From positions 1,442-65,441 of the forward strand of contig SLNR01000060.1 in the NCBI GenBank assembly GCA_007132905.1: a DNA stretch of 64,000 nucleotides, read 5' to 3'. Under the pieces are notes generated by a model, which saw only the letters and a program-made list of their open reading frames with translations, did no database searches and was not told the origin of the DNA. Both the position numbers and the translations under genes were made by a program. The DNA comes from Candidatus Sumerlaeota bacterium. GTDB lineage: Bacteria > Bacillota > SLNR01. Shown one piece after another: positions 1 through 12,590 of this stretch; position 1 is the first letter of the stretch; each line of letters begins with the position of its first letter.

Positions 1-936
1 AGAGATATGTTAGGCGTTGAAAACGGAAGAGGCCAAGGTGAACCAATCTTGGAGATCATCAAAGATTACGATTTAAAACAAAAGATTGAAACCGCTTTGG
101 AAAAGAAAGAGGAAATGACTTATGAAATAAAAATTATTCTGCCGACAGAGAGAATATTGGAAACCCATGTTACACCACTTGAAACAGAAAATAAAACACC
201 ATCTTCTGTTGTGATGGTCGTCCTGCAGGATATTACTGCATTTCAAAAACTGGCTCAAATGCGTTCAGATTTTGTGGCGAATGTCTCTCATGAGCTTCGC
301 ACTCCCTTGACTTCAATTAGGGGTTTTGCGGAAACGATCATTGAGGAAGGTTTTGAGGATGAAAAATCCGCAAAACACTTTATAAATATCATAAAACAGG
401 AAGCTGATCGCTTAACAAGACTGATTGATGATTTATTGGATTTATCCCGCATCGAATCGGGGGAAGTGCGTATGAGTTATAAAAAGACCAACCTTAATAA
501 TCTAATCTCAGAGACATTGGAAAAATTGCATTCTCAGCTTGACAAGGCAAGCATTGAACTTCATGTCGATATGCCAAAAGAAACAATATTATTAACGGCC
601 GACCCCGATAGAATCAGCCAGGTGTTAATCAATTTTATCGATAACAGCATGAAGTATACCCATAGAAATGGTAAAATATGGGTAAGGGTCAAGGAAGAAG
701 AACAAACGGTTCAGGTGGAAGTGGAAGATAATGGCGTAGGCATTCCTTCCCAGGATTTGGATCGAATTTTTGAACGTTTTTACCGGGTCGACAAAGCTAG
801 AACAAGGCGTTCCGGGGGGACAGGGCTTGGGCTTGCGATTGTAAAACATATCGTTGAAGCACATGGCGGCCGGGTCTTTGTGAACAGCACCCCTGGAAAA
901 GGTACTACTTTCGGTTTTCTGCTGCCTAAAGACTAA
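1..936 (+). CDS. phoR: sensor histidine kinase, PhoR-like (5' end outside window)
   Basis: The frame is open to the window edge. H-box [14 protein letters not shown] is followed by ATPase boxes DNGVGIP and [11 protein letters not shown]. It lies next to a Na/Pi-PhoU gene. Confidence 0.8.
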   Translation, partial: RDMLGVENGRGQGEPILEIIKDYDLKQKIETALEKKEEMTYEIKIILPTERILETHVTPLETENKTPSSVVMVVLQDITAFQKLAQMRSDFVANVSHELRTPLTSIRGFAETIIEEGFEDEKSAKHFINIIKQEADRLTRLIDDLLDLSRIESGEVRMSYKKTNLNNLISETLEKLHSQLDKASIELHVDMPKETILLTADPDRISQVLINFIDNSMKYTHRNGKIWVRVKEEEQTVQVEVEDNGVGIPSQDLDRIFERFYRVDKARTRRSGGTGLGLAIVKHIVEAHGGRVFVNSTPGKGTTFGFLLPKD

Positions 937-1056
937 GAAAGAGTTAACCAAAAATTAATCAAATCTTAATAAATAGCTTATGTTTGCAAGATACAATAGA
1001 CAGTGAATAATGATATTGTTTTCGGGCAGGACCCAACAAGGAAGGCAGGAACGAAG

Positions 1057-2654
1057 ATGGAGATTGCATTTGGATTTGTAGGCGGTCTTGGGCTTTTTAT
1101 CATGGGCATGAAAATCATGGGCGATGGACTGCAGAAGGCTGCCGGGGAGAGAATGAGGCGTCTATTAGAGGTGCTCACCACCAACCCTTTTATGGGTGTT
1201 TTGGTAGGGGCTTTGGCCACAGTTACGGTGCAGAGTAGCAGTGCCACCACGGTAATGGTGGTGGGTTTTGTTAATGCAGGGCTTATGAGTTTAAAGCAGG
1301 CTATTGGCGTCATCATGGGGGCAAACATTGGAACCACCGTAACGGCTCAAATTATTGCTTTTCGACTAGAACATTATGCACTTCCGGCCATTGGTCTGGG
1401 TGTTTTTCTTCATTATTTCAGCAGAGGAAGGGGCCCAAAATATTTTGGGCAGATTCTCATGGGTTTTGGGGTTTTGTTTTTGGGTATGGGAACGATGTCT
1501 CAAGCGATGATCCCGCTTCGGGAATCTCCCCTCTTTGTGAATTTGATCACTGGGGTGGGAAGAAATCCGTTCTTGGGGGTTTTGGTTGGTTTTGCTTTTA
1601 CGGGCATCGTGCAGAGCAGTTCAGCTACGATTGGGGTACTGCAGGCACTTGCAGGACAAGGACTTATTAGTATGAGCGTGGCTTTGCCTATTCTTTTTGG
1701 TGAAAATATCGGTACTTGTGTGACGGCCATGTTGTCGAGTTTGGGAACATCGGTGAATGCCAGAAGAGCGGCTTTGGCACATCTGATCTTTAACTTGGTT
1801 GGGGCGATAGTTTTTATTATCCTGCTGCCGGTGATGATACGATACATCTCTTTGACAGCTGCTGATGCTATGCGGCAGATTGCCAATGCCCATACGGTTT
1901 TCAATGTAGCGAATACAGTCATACAGTTCCCGGCTATTGCTCTGCTCCATCATATCGTAAAGCATTGGTGCCCGGTGAGGACATTATCATCGAAAGGGGG
2001 ACTAGGTATATTGATAAGCGATTGATGCAGACTCCGGCGGTAGCACTGGGACAGGCTCAAAAGGAAATTGTCAGAATGGGCAGGATGGCTTTGGAATCAA
2101 TGGAAGATGCTAAAAGAGGTTTTATTGAAGAAGATAGTCAGCTGGTTGATAATGTGTTAAAACGCGAAGAGGTGTTAAACGATTTAGAAAAAGAAATAGT
2201 CGATTTTCTAGTGATTTTATCCCAACAGCCAGTTAGGGAAGAGCAGAATGAAAAGATCAATATCTTACTTACGATTGTCAATGATATTGAACGAGTCGGG
2301 GATCATTTAGAAGATATCGCTGACTTTGCTATCGAAAAAAAGGAGAACAGGCTGCCGTTTTCCGGCTATGCGGTGGAGGAATTAGAATACATGTTTTCGA
2401 AAGTGAAGAATCTTTATGCCTCGGCGCTAGAGACACTCGAAAAAGACGACCCGCAAATGGCGCGGGAGCTGCTGCCTTTTGAAGATGAGATCGACCAAAT
2501 AGAGAAGGATTTGAGAAAAAGCCATATTCAGCGTCTTCATGAGGGAAAATGCTTCACTGCCAGTGGAGTCATATTCTTGGATGTGGTCAACTACTTAGAG
2601 AGGATTGGAGATCATTCCACCGTCATTGCCGCGGCCGTGATGGGGGAATTCTAA
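1057..2654 (+). pseudogene. Na+/phosphate cotransporter (NptA family) with C-terminal PhoU-like domain, interrupted by a frameshift near 1963-1965
   Basis: ORF 1003-2025 carries the transporter repeats (QSSSATT twice). ORF 1965-2654 carries LVPGED... plus the PhoU-like helices (ERVGDHLEDIA, ERIGDHS). In relatives this is one polypeptide. The two frames overlap by 61 nt, and restoring one nt in codon 'ca-' at 1963 would give IVK(H/Q)LVPGED. Likely start is ATG 1057 (MEIAFGFVGGLGLF) after AGGAAGG. Confidence 0.6.
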
Positions 2655-2743
2655 AAGATCAGGCGCTTTTGCTTTCTGTTTAAGGGCAGGAACTTTCTGG
2701 CAGATGAAGAAAAAGAAAATGAAGGTAAAAATGAGCTTGATAA

Positions 2744-3763
<1,020 letters not shown>

Positions 3764-3780
3764 GAAAGAGAGGGATCAGG

Positions 3781-4965
3781 ATGGAGAAAAAAACAGTCCG
3801 CGATATGAACCTAGCCGGTAAAAAAGTCCTGGTGCGGGTTGATTTCAATGTGCCTATTGACAGTCAGGGCATTATTGCTGATGATAAGAGGATTAGAGAA
3901 GCTGTCCCTACAATTGAATATATTTGCCGTAAAGGCGGGCGTGTGATTCTCATTTCGCATCTAGGCAGACCTAAAGGAAAGATTGTTTCCAAGTTTCGTT
4001 TGGATCCGGTGGCAGAGCGCTTATCGAAAATACTTGGGAAAAAGGTGGTCAAATGCGATGATGCACTAGGTTTTAAGGTAAAAGAGGCGATCGGGGCCAT
4101 GAAAAACGGCGAGGTCGTTTTACTTGAAAATATCCGTTTTTATGCAGAAGAAGAAGAAAATGATGCAGAATTTGCGCAGCAGCTGGCCAGCATGGGAGAG
4201 ATTTATGTAAATGATGCTTTTGGGGCGGCGCATCGGGCCCACGCTTCCACGGAAAAAATTGCGTCTTATCTTCCTTCCGGAGCTGGTCTGTTGATGGAAA
4301 AGGAAATTTCTGTGATGCAGAGCGTTTTGTCTGAACCGAAAAGGCCCTTTGTAGCGGTGATCGGCGGTGCGAAGGTGTCGGATAAAATTGGAGTTTTAGA
4401 AAACTTGCTTGATAAGACAGATGTTTTAATCATCGGAGGCGGTATGGCCAACACATTTTTAAAGGCCAAAGGGTACCAAGTGGGAAGTTCTCTTCTCGAA
4501 GAGGATAAAGTAAAGACTGCCTCAGATCTTTTGGCCCGGGCAGAAAATATTGGCAGAGAGGTTTTTCTCCCTTCTGATGTGGCTATCGGAAAAGGAATTG
4601 ACGATTCCTCCCAAGTACAGATGGTGCAGGCTGACTGCATTCCTGAGGGATGGATGGCTTTAGACATCGGGCCAAAAACGCAAAAAAAATATGCTGAAAT
4701 GGTCATGAAAGCAGCTACAGTAATTTGGAATGGCCCAATGGGTGTTTTTGAACAAGAAGCATTTGAGAAGGGGACAAAAGCTATAGCAGAAGCCATCGCC
4801 AGATCAGAGGCTGTTTCTATTGTCGGCGGAGGCGATTCGGCCGCGGCCGTTGAGAAATTTGGCCTGGCCGACAAAATGACTCATGTGTCTACCGGTGGAG
4901 GAGCTTCTTTAGAGTTAATGGAAGGGAAAATCTTACCCGGAATTGCGGCCTTAGATAATAAATAG
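3781..4965 (+). CDS. pgk: phosphoglycerate kinase
   Basis: KKVLVRVDFNVP N-terminus and typical 394 aa length. ATG 3781 follows GAGGGA. The ORF-track start at 3706 would overlap gap. Confidence 0.95.
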   Translation: MEKKTVRDMNLAGKKVLVRVDFNVPIDSQGIIADDKRIREAVPTIEYICRKGGRVILISHLGRPKGKIVSKFRLDPVAERLSKILGKKVVKCDDALGFKVKEAIGAMKNGEVVLLENIRFYAEEEENDAEFAQQLASMGEIYVNDAFGAAHRAHASTEKIASYLPSGAGLLMEKEISVMQSVLSEPKRPFVAVIGGAKVSDKIGVLENLLDKTDVLIIGGGMANTFLKAKGYQVGSSLLEEDKVKTASDLLARAENIGREVFLPSDVAIGKGIDDSSQVQMVQADCIPEGWMALDIGPKTQKKYAEMVMKAATVIWNGPMGVFEQEAFEKGTKAIAEAIARSEAVSIVGGGDSAAAVEKFGLADKMTHVSTGGGASLELMEGKILPGIAALDNK

Positions 4966-4997
4966 ATAAAAAGGGATAAGTTACTGGGAGTGGTGTA

Positions 4998-5771
4998 ATG
5001 AAACGAAAAATAATTGCAGGTAACTGGAAAATGTTTAAAACCATTTCCGAATCAATGGATTACATAAAGGAATTTCCTTTGGAAGGGATGCCGGCATTGG
5101 ATGTGGATGTTGTTTTATGTCCTAATTTTTTATCCGGTGCTGTGTTGGCTGGACATGATAAATTAAATCAGGCCGGCGTGTACCTAGGTGCTCAAAACGG
5201 TCATTGGGCAAAAGAAGGAGCTTATACAGGAGAAGTCTCCATGGCTATGATAGCAGAAGCGGGATGTCGGTATGTCATCGTAGGGCACTCAGAGCGGCGA
5301 ATGCAGGCAAATGAAAAGGATGAAACCGTACAGAAAAAAGTGAAAGCGGCGATTGATAACAAGTTAATTCCCATTCTTTGTGTCGGGGAGACGAAAGAAG
5401 AAAGAGATCAGCAAAAAACGGAGGAAGTGATCGAAAAGCAGATCAAAGTGGGTTTAGAAGGTATTTCTTTTCCTGATCCTCATGAACTTGCTGTCGCTTA
5501 CGAACCGGTATGGGCGATCGGCACCGGCGAGCCGGCCAGCCCTCAAGATGCTATACAGGCGAATAGAAAGATTCGCCATCTGTTAGCTGATTTAGCAGGA
5601 AGAAAATGGGCCCAAGAAGCACGAATCTTGTACGGAGGAAGCGTAAAGCCTGAAAACATCGGCTCGTTTTTGCAAGAAGACGAGATTGATGGCGCCTTAA
5701 TAGGGGGGGCAAGTCTTGATCCGCACGCCTTTAAGGATATGGTGAGGACGGCATCTAAAAGGAGGTTTTAA
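4998..5771 (+). CDS. tpiA: triose-phosphate isomerase
   Basis: IAGNWKM, VGHSERR, AYEPVWAIGTG and GGASL motifs. Confidence 0.96.
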   Translation: MKRKIIAGNWKMFKTISESMDYIKEFPLEGMPALDVDVVLCPNFLSGAVLAGHDKLNQAGVYLGAQNGHWAKEGAYTGEVSMAMIAEAGCRYVIVGHSERRMQANEKDETVQKKVKAAIDNKLIPILCVGETKEERDQQKTEEVIEKQIKVGLEGISFPDPHELAVAYEPVWAIGTGEPASPQDAIQANRKIRHLLADLAGRKWAQEARILYGGSVKPENIGSFLQEDEIDGALIGGASLDPHAFKDMVRTASKRRF

Positions 5772-5772
5772 A

Positions 5773-7323
5773 GTGGGCGGCAGTGTTGATCAGCTGATGC
5801 TCGTGATTGTGGACGGCTGGGGCTTGAGAGAAGAGAAAGCCGGCAATGCCGTGAAAATGGCGAGAACACCTCACTTGGACAGATTCCTGGCCGCCTATCC
5901 CTCTACCCAATTGACAGCTTCGGGAGAGGCTGTTGGCTTGATGGCCGGCCAGATGGGAGATTCGAATGTGGGACATTTAAATCTAGGGGCCGGACGGATT
6001 GTATACCAGGATTTGGTAAGGATCAGCCAGGCTATAAAAGACGGGGAATTAAAAAAAAATAAAGTTATTCAAAGAGCCCTTGAGGAAGCAAAAGAAGAAG
6101 GGAAAAGCCTCCATTTGATGGGACTTTTATCCGACGGAGGAGTCCACAGCCACATAGAACATTTATTTGGCCTGCTTGATCAATGTCAAAGCCAGGATAT
6201 TGATTCTGTATATGTCCATGCTTTTCTTGATGGTCGTGATGTGCTGCCCAAGAGTGCAGACACATACATTAAGGCCTTAGAGGCAAAACTAGAAAATTAT
6301 AAGGGGGCCAAACTGGCGACGGTAATGGGACGTTATTACGCAATGGACCGAGATAATCGTTGGGATCGAATTGAGAAAGCGTACCATGCTATGACTGAAG
6401 GGGTCGGTCGCAAGACAGAAACAGGCAGGGATGCAGTGGCACAAGCCTACCAGGCCGGGGAAACGGACGAATTTGTTTATCCGACGGTTATTGTCGATGA
6501 TGAGGAAAAGCCGACCGGCACAATAAAAGCAAAAGATGTCATTTTGTTTTTTAATTTTAGAGCCGATCGGGCGAGGGAAATAACCAGGGCTTTTATAGAA
6601 AAAGAGTTTGAGAGAATTTCACGTCCATCGGGTTTTCTAGATGTTCATATGGTGTGCATGACTGAGTATGATAAAACGATTGATGCTCCGGTAGCTTTTT
6701 TGCCTAAATACATTCAGAACTCGCTGGGTGAGGTGTTGAGCAGGGAAGGAAGGCTGCAGTTGAGAATTGCCGAGACAGAAAAATATGCGCATGTAACTTT
6801 TTTTTTCAATGGAGGACAAGAAGAGCCGTTTTCTAAAGAGGAGCGTTTTTTAGTTCCCTCTCCGCCTGTATCCACTTATGATCTAGTACCGCAGATGAGT
6901 GCTCATGGAGTTAAAAACAAATTGATCTCCTCATTGAGAGAGGGAAAATACCAAGTATATATTGTTAATTTTGCGAATTTGGATATGGTAGGGCACAGCG
7001 GAAATTTCCCTGCCACTGTAAAAGCGGCGGAAACTGTGGATCAATGTGTGGGCGAAATAGCAGAAGAGATGGCGCTGCAAAAAGGATGCATGCTGCTCGT
7101 CTCCGATCACGGAAATGCAGAAGATATGATTGAAAATGGAACCGGGAAACCTTACACCTCCCATACTTCCAATGCGGTCCCCTTTGTACTGGTGGACCAA
7201 AGATTTCGGTACTGCCGCTTAGCGGAAGGGATTTTGGGTGATGTGGCGCCGACCATATTGGATATTCTGAATATAGAAAAGCCGGCAGAAATGACGGGGC
7301 ATTCCCTTTTGCGCTGTGACTAA
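5773..7323 (+). CDS. gpmI: 2,3-bisphosphoglycerate-independent phosphoglycerate mutase
   Basis: LVIVDGWG, GDSNVGHLNLGAGR and SDHGNAE motifs; 516 aa. The GTG start abuts the tpiA stop. ATG 5797 is an alternative start. Confidence 0.93.
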   Translation: MGGSVDQLMLVIVDGWGLREEKAGNAVKMARTPHLDRFLAAYPSTQLTASGEAVGLMAGQMGDSNVGHLNLGAGRIVYQDLVRISQAIKDGELKKNKVIQRALEEAKEEGKSLHLMGLLSDGGVHSHIEHLFGLLDQCQSQDIDSVYVHAFLDGRDVLPKSADTYIKALEAKLENYKGAKLATVMGRYYAMDRDNRWDRIEKAYHAMTEGVGRKTETGRDAVAQAYQAGETDEFVYPTVIVDDEEKPTGTIKAKDVILFFNFRADRAREITRAFIEKEFERISRPSGFLDVHMVCMTEYDKTIDAPVAFLPKYIQNSLGEVLSREGRLQLRIAETEKYAHVTFFFNGGQEEPFSKEERFLVPSPPVSTYDLVPQMSAHGVKNKLISSLREGKYQVYIVNFANLDMVGHSGNFPATVKAAETVDQCVGEIAEEMALQKGCMLLVSDHGNAEDMIENGTGKPYTSHTSNAVPFVLVDQRFRYCRLAEGILGDVAPTILDILNIEKPAEMTGHSLLRCD

Positions 7324-8619
<1,296 letters not shown>

Positions 8620-8709
8620 AGCGGGTAATGGTTTTTTGGTTCTCTTTATTGTTATTTTTATTGGGTTGTGCTAGAATAACCCTGTTGACTTTATTTTCCC
8701 GGACAGGAG

Positions 8710-8943
8710 GTGGCGTGGTTGCTGCGGACGGTGTTAACAACTTTACATTTTTTAATATCAATTGGACTGATTGCTAGTATTTTGCTGCAGTCCGGACGCA
8801 GTGCCGGCCTGGGCGCGATTTCTGGTGGTGCAGAGACCTTTTTTGGAAAGAAAAAGGGTTTGGATGATCTTTTTGGAAAGCTGACCATAGGATTTGCCGC
8901 GGCTTTTATGGCATTTGCTCTAATACTAACTATTGTTGATTAG
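8710..8943 (+). CDS. secG: preprotein translocase subunit SecG
   Basis: 77 aa two-TM protein with LLQSGRSAGLG...FFGKKKG, typical of SecG, and the usual position after eno. In-frame TTG 8719 has better spacing from AGGAGG 8705-8710. Confidence 0.85.
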   Translation: MAWLLRTVLTTLHFLISIGLIASILLQSGRSAGLGAISGGAETFFGKKKGLDDLFGKLTIGFAAAFMAFALILTIVD

Positions 8944-8972
8944 TGCTTTGATTCTATAACACTAATTTTACT

Positions 8973-8998
8973 GTGAGACGGGTGGATGCCCGTCTCAC
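8973..8998 (+). terminator. perfect 10-bp hairpin GTGAGACGGG/CCCGTCTCAC between secG and hppA (no U-run)
   Basis: Read directly: arms 8973-8982 and 8989-8998, loop TGGATG. It is followed by AAAGATG, so it is not a canonical intrinsic terminator. Confidence 0.4.
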
Positions 8999-9059
8999 AA
9001 AGATGTCAAGATGTAATTTTTGGTCCATTAATAGTCATATCATACAGGAGGAGAGGTAT

Positions 9060-11024
9060 ATGGACGCATTTGTTTTGATTGCAGTGGCAGCTGGAATTGT
9101 GGCTTTGGTTTTTGCTTATATTCTGATAGGCCGGATTAATAGAAGTGACGAGGGAACGGATCGTATGAAAGAAATTGCCCATGCGATTCACGAAGGGGCA
9201 ATGGCTTTTATGGGGAGAGAATATCGAGCATTGGCTTTTTTCGTTCTAATTCTGTTTATCGTGCTTGCGGTCGTAATGAAATGGCAGACATCCGTTGCTT
9301 TTCTAGCCGGGGCTGTATGTTCGGGTTTGGCCGGCTATATCGGCATGAACGTGGCTACAAAAGCCAACGTAAGAACTTCGCAGGCAGCCAATGAAGGCAT
9401 CAATAAAGCTCTCGGAGTTGCTTTTTCAGGAGGAGCCGTTATGGGCATGTCGGTGGTTGGTTTAGGATTGGTTGGTTTAGGTATTGTCTATATTGTTTTT
9501 CGAGAGCCTGAAATCGTGAATGGTTTTGCTCTGGGAGCTAGTTCGATTGCCTTGTTCGCTCGAGTAGGTGGAGGAATCTACACAAAAGCGGCTGATGTGG
9601 GCGCTGATTTGGTGGGTAAGGTGGAAGCCGGTATTCCAGAAGACGACCCGCGAAATCCGGCTGTTATTGCGGATAATGTGGGAGATAATGTAGGCGATGT
9701 GGCCGGTATGGGAGCGGATTTGTTCGAATCATACGTAGGAGCGATTATTGCGTCCATTGCTATAGGAGTCGTTCAGTTTGGGTTTCCCGGGGTGGCGCTG
9801 CCCTTTGCATTGGCAGCTTCGGGAGTGGGGGCTTCTATTATAGGAACTTTCTTTGTCAAGACGGGAGAAGGGGCAAGTCCAAGTAAGGCTTTACAAAACG
9901 GAACCTTAATAAGCGGGCTTTTAGTTCTGGTGGCTTCGTTTTTCTTATCTAGATTCATTATTGGAGAGATGGGTCCTTTTTATGCCATCACCTTAGGATT
10001 AGTGGTGGGAATCATCATAGGGCAGGTTACCGAATATTATACTTCACCGGATAGAAAACCTGTGCAGGGTATCGCCGAATCTGCTCAGACAGGAGCTGCG
10101 ACAACTATCATCAGCGGTTTAGCCGTGGGAATGAGAAGCACAGCCGTTCCAATTCTGTTTATTTGTATGGCCATTTTCGGCGCCTATCGATTTGCAGGCT
10201 TATACGGTATTGCTTTAGCTGCTGTAGGTATGCTTTCGACAACAGGGATGACGGTGGCCGTGGATGCTTATGGCCCTATTGCGGATAACGCCGGCGGCAT
10301 TGCCGAAATGGCTGAGATGGACAAAGAGGTTCGAAAGGTCACGGATGAACTTGACGCAGTTGGAAATACAACGGCAGCCATCGGAAAAGGGTTTGCCATC
10401 AGTTCGGCGGCTTTGACGGCTTTGGCTTTGTTTTCTGCTTACGCAACAGCAGTAGGGTTAACCGCTGAGCGATTCTCGCTAATCAACCCCGAGGTAATTG
10501 TAGGAGTCTTCCTCGGTGCGATGCTGCCCTTCTTATTTTCTTCTATGGCTATGGAAGCAGTGGGCAAAGCAGCTTTCCAGATGATTGAAGAAGTTAGAAG
10601 ACAATTTAGAGAAATTCCGGGGATTATGGAAGGCAAAGCAAAGCCCGATCATGCTCGCTGTGTTGATATTAGTGCGGCGGCCGCTCTAAAAGAAATGATC
10701 CTACCTGGCTCCTTAGCGATCGTGGCTCCGCTTTTAGTAGGTCTGGTTCTGGGGAAAAATGCTTTGGGTGGATTGTTGGCCGGAGCGACATCGGCCGGTG
10801 TAATGATGGCTATTATGATGGCCAATGCCGGCGGTGCCTGGGATAATGCGAAAAAATACATTGAAAGCGGACATTATGGGGGGAAAGGAACAGAAACACA
10901 TGCAGCTGCCGTGGTTGGTGATACGGTCGGGGATCCTTTTAAGGATACAGCCGGTCCGTCTTTGAATATTCTGATCAAGCTCATGTCAATCGTAGCTCTT
11001 GTGTTTGCGCCCTTGTTTTTATAG
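9060..11024 (+). CDS. hppA: membrane-bound ion-translocating pyrophosphatase (K+-dependent type signature)
   Basis: Motifs [39 protein letters not shown] and [14 protein letters not shown] 9060 follows GGAGGAGAGG; the 8973 extension is not hydrophobic or conserved-looking. Ala in GNTTAAxGKG marks the K+-dependent clade. Confidence 0.93.
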   Translation: MDAFVLIAVAAGIVALVFAYILIGRINRSDEGTDRMKEIAHAIHEGAMAFMGREYRALAFFVLILFIVLAVVMKWQTSVAFLAGAVCSGLAGYIGMNVATKANVRTSQAANEGINKALGVAFSGGAVMGMSVVGLGLVGLGIVYIVFREPEIVNGFALGASSIALFARVGGGIYTKAADVGADLVGKVEAGIPEDDPRNPAVIADNVGDNVGDVAGMGADLFESYVGAIIASIAIGVVQFGFPGVALPFALAASGVGASIIGTFFVKTGEGASPSKALQNGTLISGLLVLVASFFLSRFIIGEMGPFYAITLGLVVGIIIGQVTEYYTSPDRKPVQGIAESAQTGAATTIISGLAVGMRSTAVPILFICMAIFGAYRFAGLYGIALAAVGMLSTTGMTVAVDAYGPIADNAGGIAEMAEMDKEVRKVTDELDAVGNTTAAIGKGFAISSAALTALALFSAYATAVGLTAERFSLINPEVIVGVFLGAMLPFLFSSMAMEAVGKAAFQMIEEVRRQFREIPGIMEGKAKPDHARCVDISAAAALKEMILPGSLAIVAPLLVGLVLGKNALGGLLAGATSAGVMMAIMMANAGGAWDNAKKYIESGHYGGKGTETHAAAVVGDTVGDPFKDTAGPSLNILIKLMSIVALVFAPLFL

Positions 11025-11033
11025 ACTGACGAT

Positions 11034-11075
11034 AAGAAGGCTTCGCTTTCAGGGTGGAAAGGAGCCTTCTTTCTA
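11034..11075 (+). terminator. hairpin after hppA
   Basis: AAGAAGGCTTC (11034-11044) pairs with GGAGCCTTCTT (11061-11071), 11 bp including one G-U. A short TTCT tail follows. Confidence 0.55.
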
Positions 11076-11126
11076 TGAGCAAAGAGCAAGGATGTTGGAT
11101 TTGCGGTGGCGCGGCCCTTAGAAAAC

Positions 11127-11155
11127 TTTACAAAAAGGTAGGTAGATGGTAAAAT
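11127..11155 (+). promoter_or_regulatory. sigma-A type promoter (TTTACA, 17 nt spacer, TGgTAAAAT)
   Basis: -35 at 11127-11132 and extended -10 at 11147-11155, placed about 30 nt ahead of the riboswitch. Confidence 0.6.
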
Positions 11156-11184
11156 ACGATTAACGCCGTTTTGCTAGTTTCAAA

Positions 11185-11315
11185 CTGAATAGGACGCTGA
11201 ATCATTATGAGCGGGGGAACCAACTTTTGGGGTGAATCCGGATATTCGGTAGGGTCGCTCTCTTTCGATCCGAACCCGTCAGCTAACCTCGCAAGCGCAG
11301 GAAAGAGACGATCTT
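11185..11315 (+). promoter_or_regulatory. c-di-AMP riboswitch (ydaO-yuaA class)
   Basis: Conserved blocks in order: GAGCGGGGGAACCAA, TTGGGGTGAATCC, GGTAGGG, CCGAACCCGTCAGCTAACCTCGCAAGCG, GAAAGAGA. They are near-identical to the blocks I remember from the B. subtilis ydaO leader. Boundaries are approximate. Confidence 0.85.
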
Positions 11316-11369
11316 TCTCAGTCACTTAAGTTTGAGCTCTGTGCTTGCTGTGGAATGTTTGTGAAAGCA

Positions 11370-11396
11370 CCCCTGCGGACAGCGGGGTTTTTTCTT
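11370..11396 (+). terminator. intrinsic terminator acting as the riboswitch expression platform
   Basis: CCCC(T)GC, loop GGACA, GCGGGG, then TTTTTTCTTT, 38 nt before the first ORF. Confidence 0.7.
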
Positions 11397-11433
11397 TCAT
11401 AAACCATCTTTAATGGAGTGAGGGGATGATCAT

Positions 11434-12570
11434 ATGGGACAAAATGTTGATTCTCCTATGCCGGAAAACAGTAAGAAAAAGTATGCTGTAATCGGTGGGG
11501 GACACGGAGGATTAGCCATGGCGGGAGCTTTGGCAGTTCAAGGTTTTTCTGTTAATATGTTTAATAAAACGGCTGAGCGTATCAAGTATATAAAGATGAT
11601 GGGAGGAATCCAGGTTTCCGGAAAAATGGACGGCTTTGGCCGTTTAAACCGGGTGACGCATCGGATTAAGGAAGCGCTAGAAGATGTAGATATCATTATG
11701 GTTGTTATCCCTGCGACCGGGCATCGCTATGTCGCGGAAATCTGCGCCCAGTATTTACAAGACGGGCAGATGGTGGTTTTAAACCCGGGTCGGACAGGCG
11801 GAGCTTTGGAGTTTAGGGCAGTTCTTAGAAAAGCTAACGTAAAGGCAGATGTCATTATTGCCGAGGCTCAAACATTTATCTTTGCCAGCAGAACGATTGG
11901 TCCGGCTCAAAGCAGAATATTTGGTATCAAGAATGTCGTACCGGTGGCTGCGTTGCCGGCTATGAAAACCAGCCGGGTGGTGGAAGCTTTAAAGGAAGCT
12001 TTTCCTCAATTTGTTCCGGCTGACAATATTCTGCAAACTAGCTTTGACAATATCGGAGCGATTTTTCATCCTGCCCCTACAATATTAAATAGTGCCCGGA
12101 TTGAATCGACAGCAGGAGATTTTGAATATTATCATGAGGGCATTACGCCGGGGGTAGCCAAGATAATTGAACAAATGGATCATGAAAGGATTGCGGTGGC
12201 CGATGCTTTGGGCTTAAAAGCGATTTCTTCTCATGAATGGTTAGATTCTGCATACGGGGCGACCGGAAGCACACTTTATGATGCAATTCAAAATAACATT
12301 GGCTATAAAGGAATCAAGGCGCCTTCAAATCTTCAGCACCGCTATATCTTCGAAGATGTACCGGCAAGTTTGGTTCCGATTGCGTCCATTGGAGATATGC
12401 TTGGGGTAGAGACCGAGATGATCAAGGCGATCATTCGTCTTGCCACTGGAATTCACGGCGTGGATTATTGGAGCACAGGAAGAAATGTCCAGCGCCTGGG
12501 CATTGCGGGAATGACAGCAGAGCAGATTGTCGAGTTAGCTGAAAAAGGAAATGATGATAACGAAAATTAA
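11434..12570 (+). CDS. NAD(P)-dependent opine (octopine/nopaline-type) dehydrogenase family protein
   Basis: N-terminal Rossmann VIGGGHGGLAMAG, and overall resemblance to the opine dehydrogenase family including the C-terminal helical domain; 378 aa; GAGGGG RBS. Confidence 0.75.
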   Translation: MGQNVDSPMPENSKKKYAVIGGGHGGLAMAGALAVQGFSVNMFNKTAERIKYIKMMGGIQVSGKMDGFGRLNRVTHRIKEALEDVDIIMVVIPATGHRYVAEICAQYLQDGQMVVLNPGRTGGALEFRAVLRKANVKADVIIAEAQTFIFASRTIGPAQSRIFGIKNVVPVAALPAMKTSRVVEALKEAFPQFVPADNILQTSFDNIGAIFHPAPTILNSARIESTAGDFEYYHEGITPGVAKIIEQMDHERIAVADALGLKAISSHEWLDSAYGATGSTLYDAIQNNIGYKGIKAPSNLQHRYIFEDVPASLVPIASIGDMLGVETEMIKAIIRLATGIHGVDYWSTGRNVQRLGIAGMTAEQIVELAEKGNDDNEN

Positions 12571-12590
12571 AGCGAAGGAGGATGCTGTGT

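Noticed and set aside
4266-4874. Long minus-strand ORFs, for example 4266-4874, 14445-14909, 41604-42161, 51609-51941, 56554-57018 and 62771-63352.
   Set aside because: Each lies wholly inside a + strand gene with unmistakable family motifs (pgk, MutL-like, valS, hydA, hydA, mrdA). Their translations are low-complexity or unrecognisable and none has an RBS. I treat them as shadow ORFs.
8973-9059. N-terminal extensions suggested by the ORF track: hppA from 8973, pgk from 3706, rph from 30227, smpB from 20310, maf from 57757, DUF4321 from 57389.
   Set aside because: The extensions overlap upstream genes or hairpins, lack an RBS and are not conserved-looking. Internal ATG/GTG/TTG codons with proper Shine-Dalgarno spacing give the canonical N-termini.
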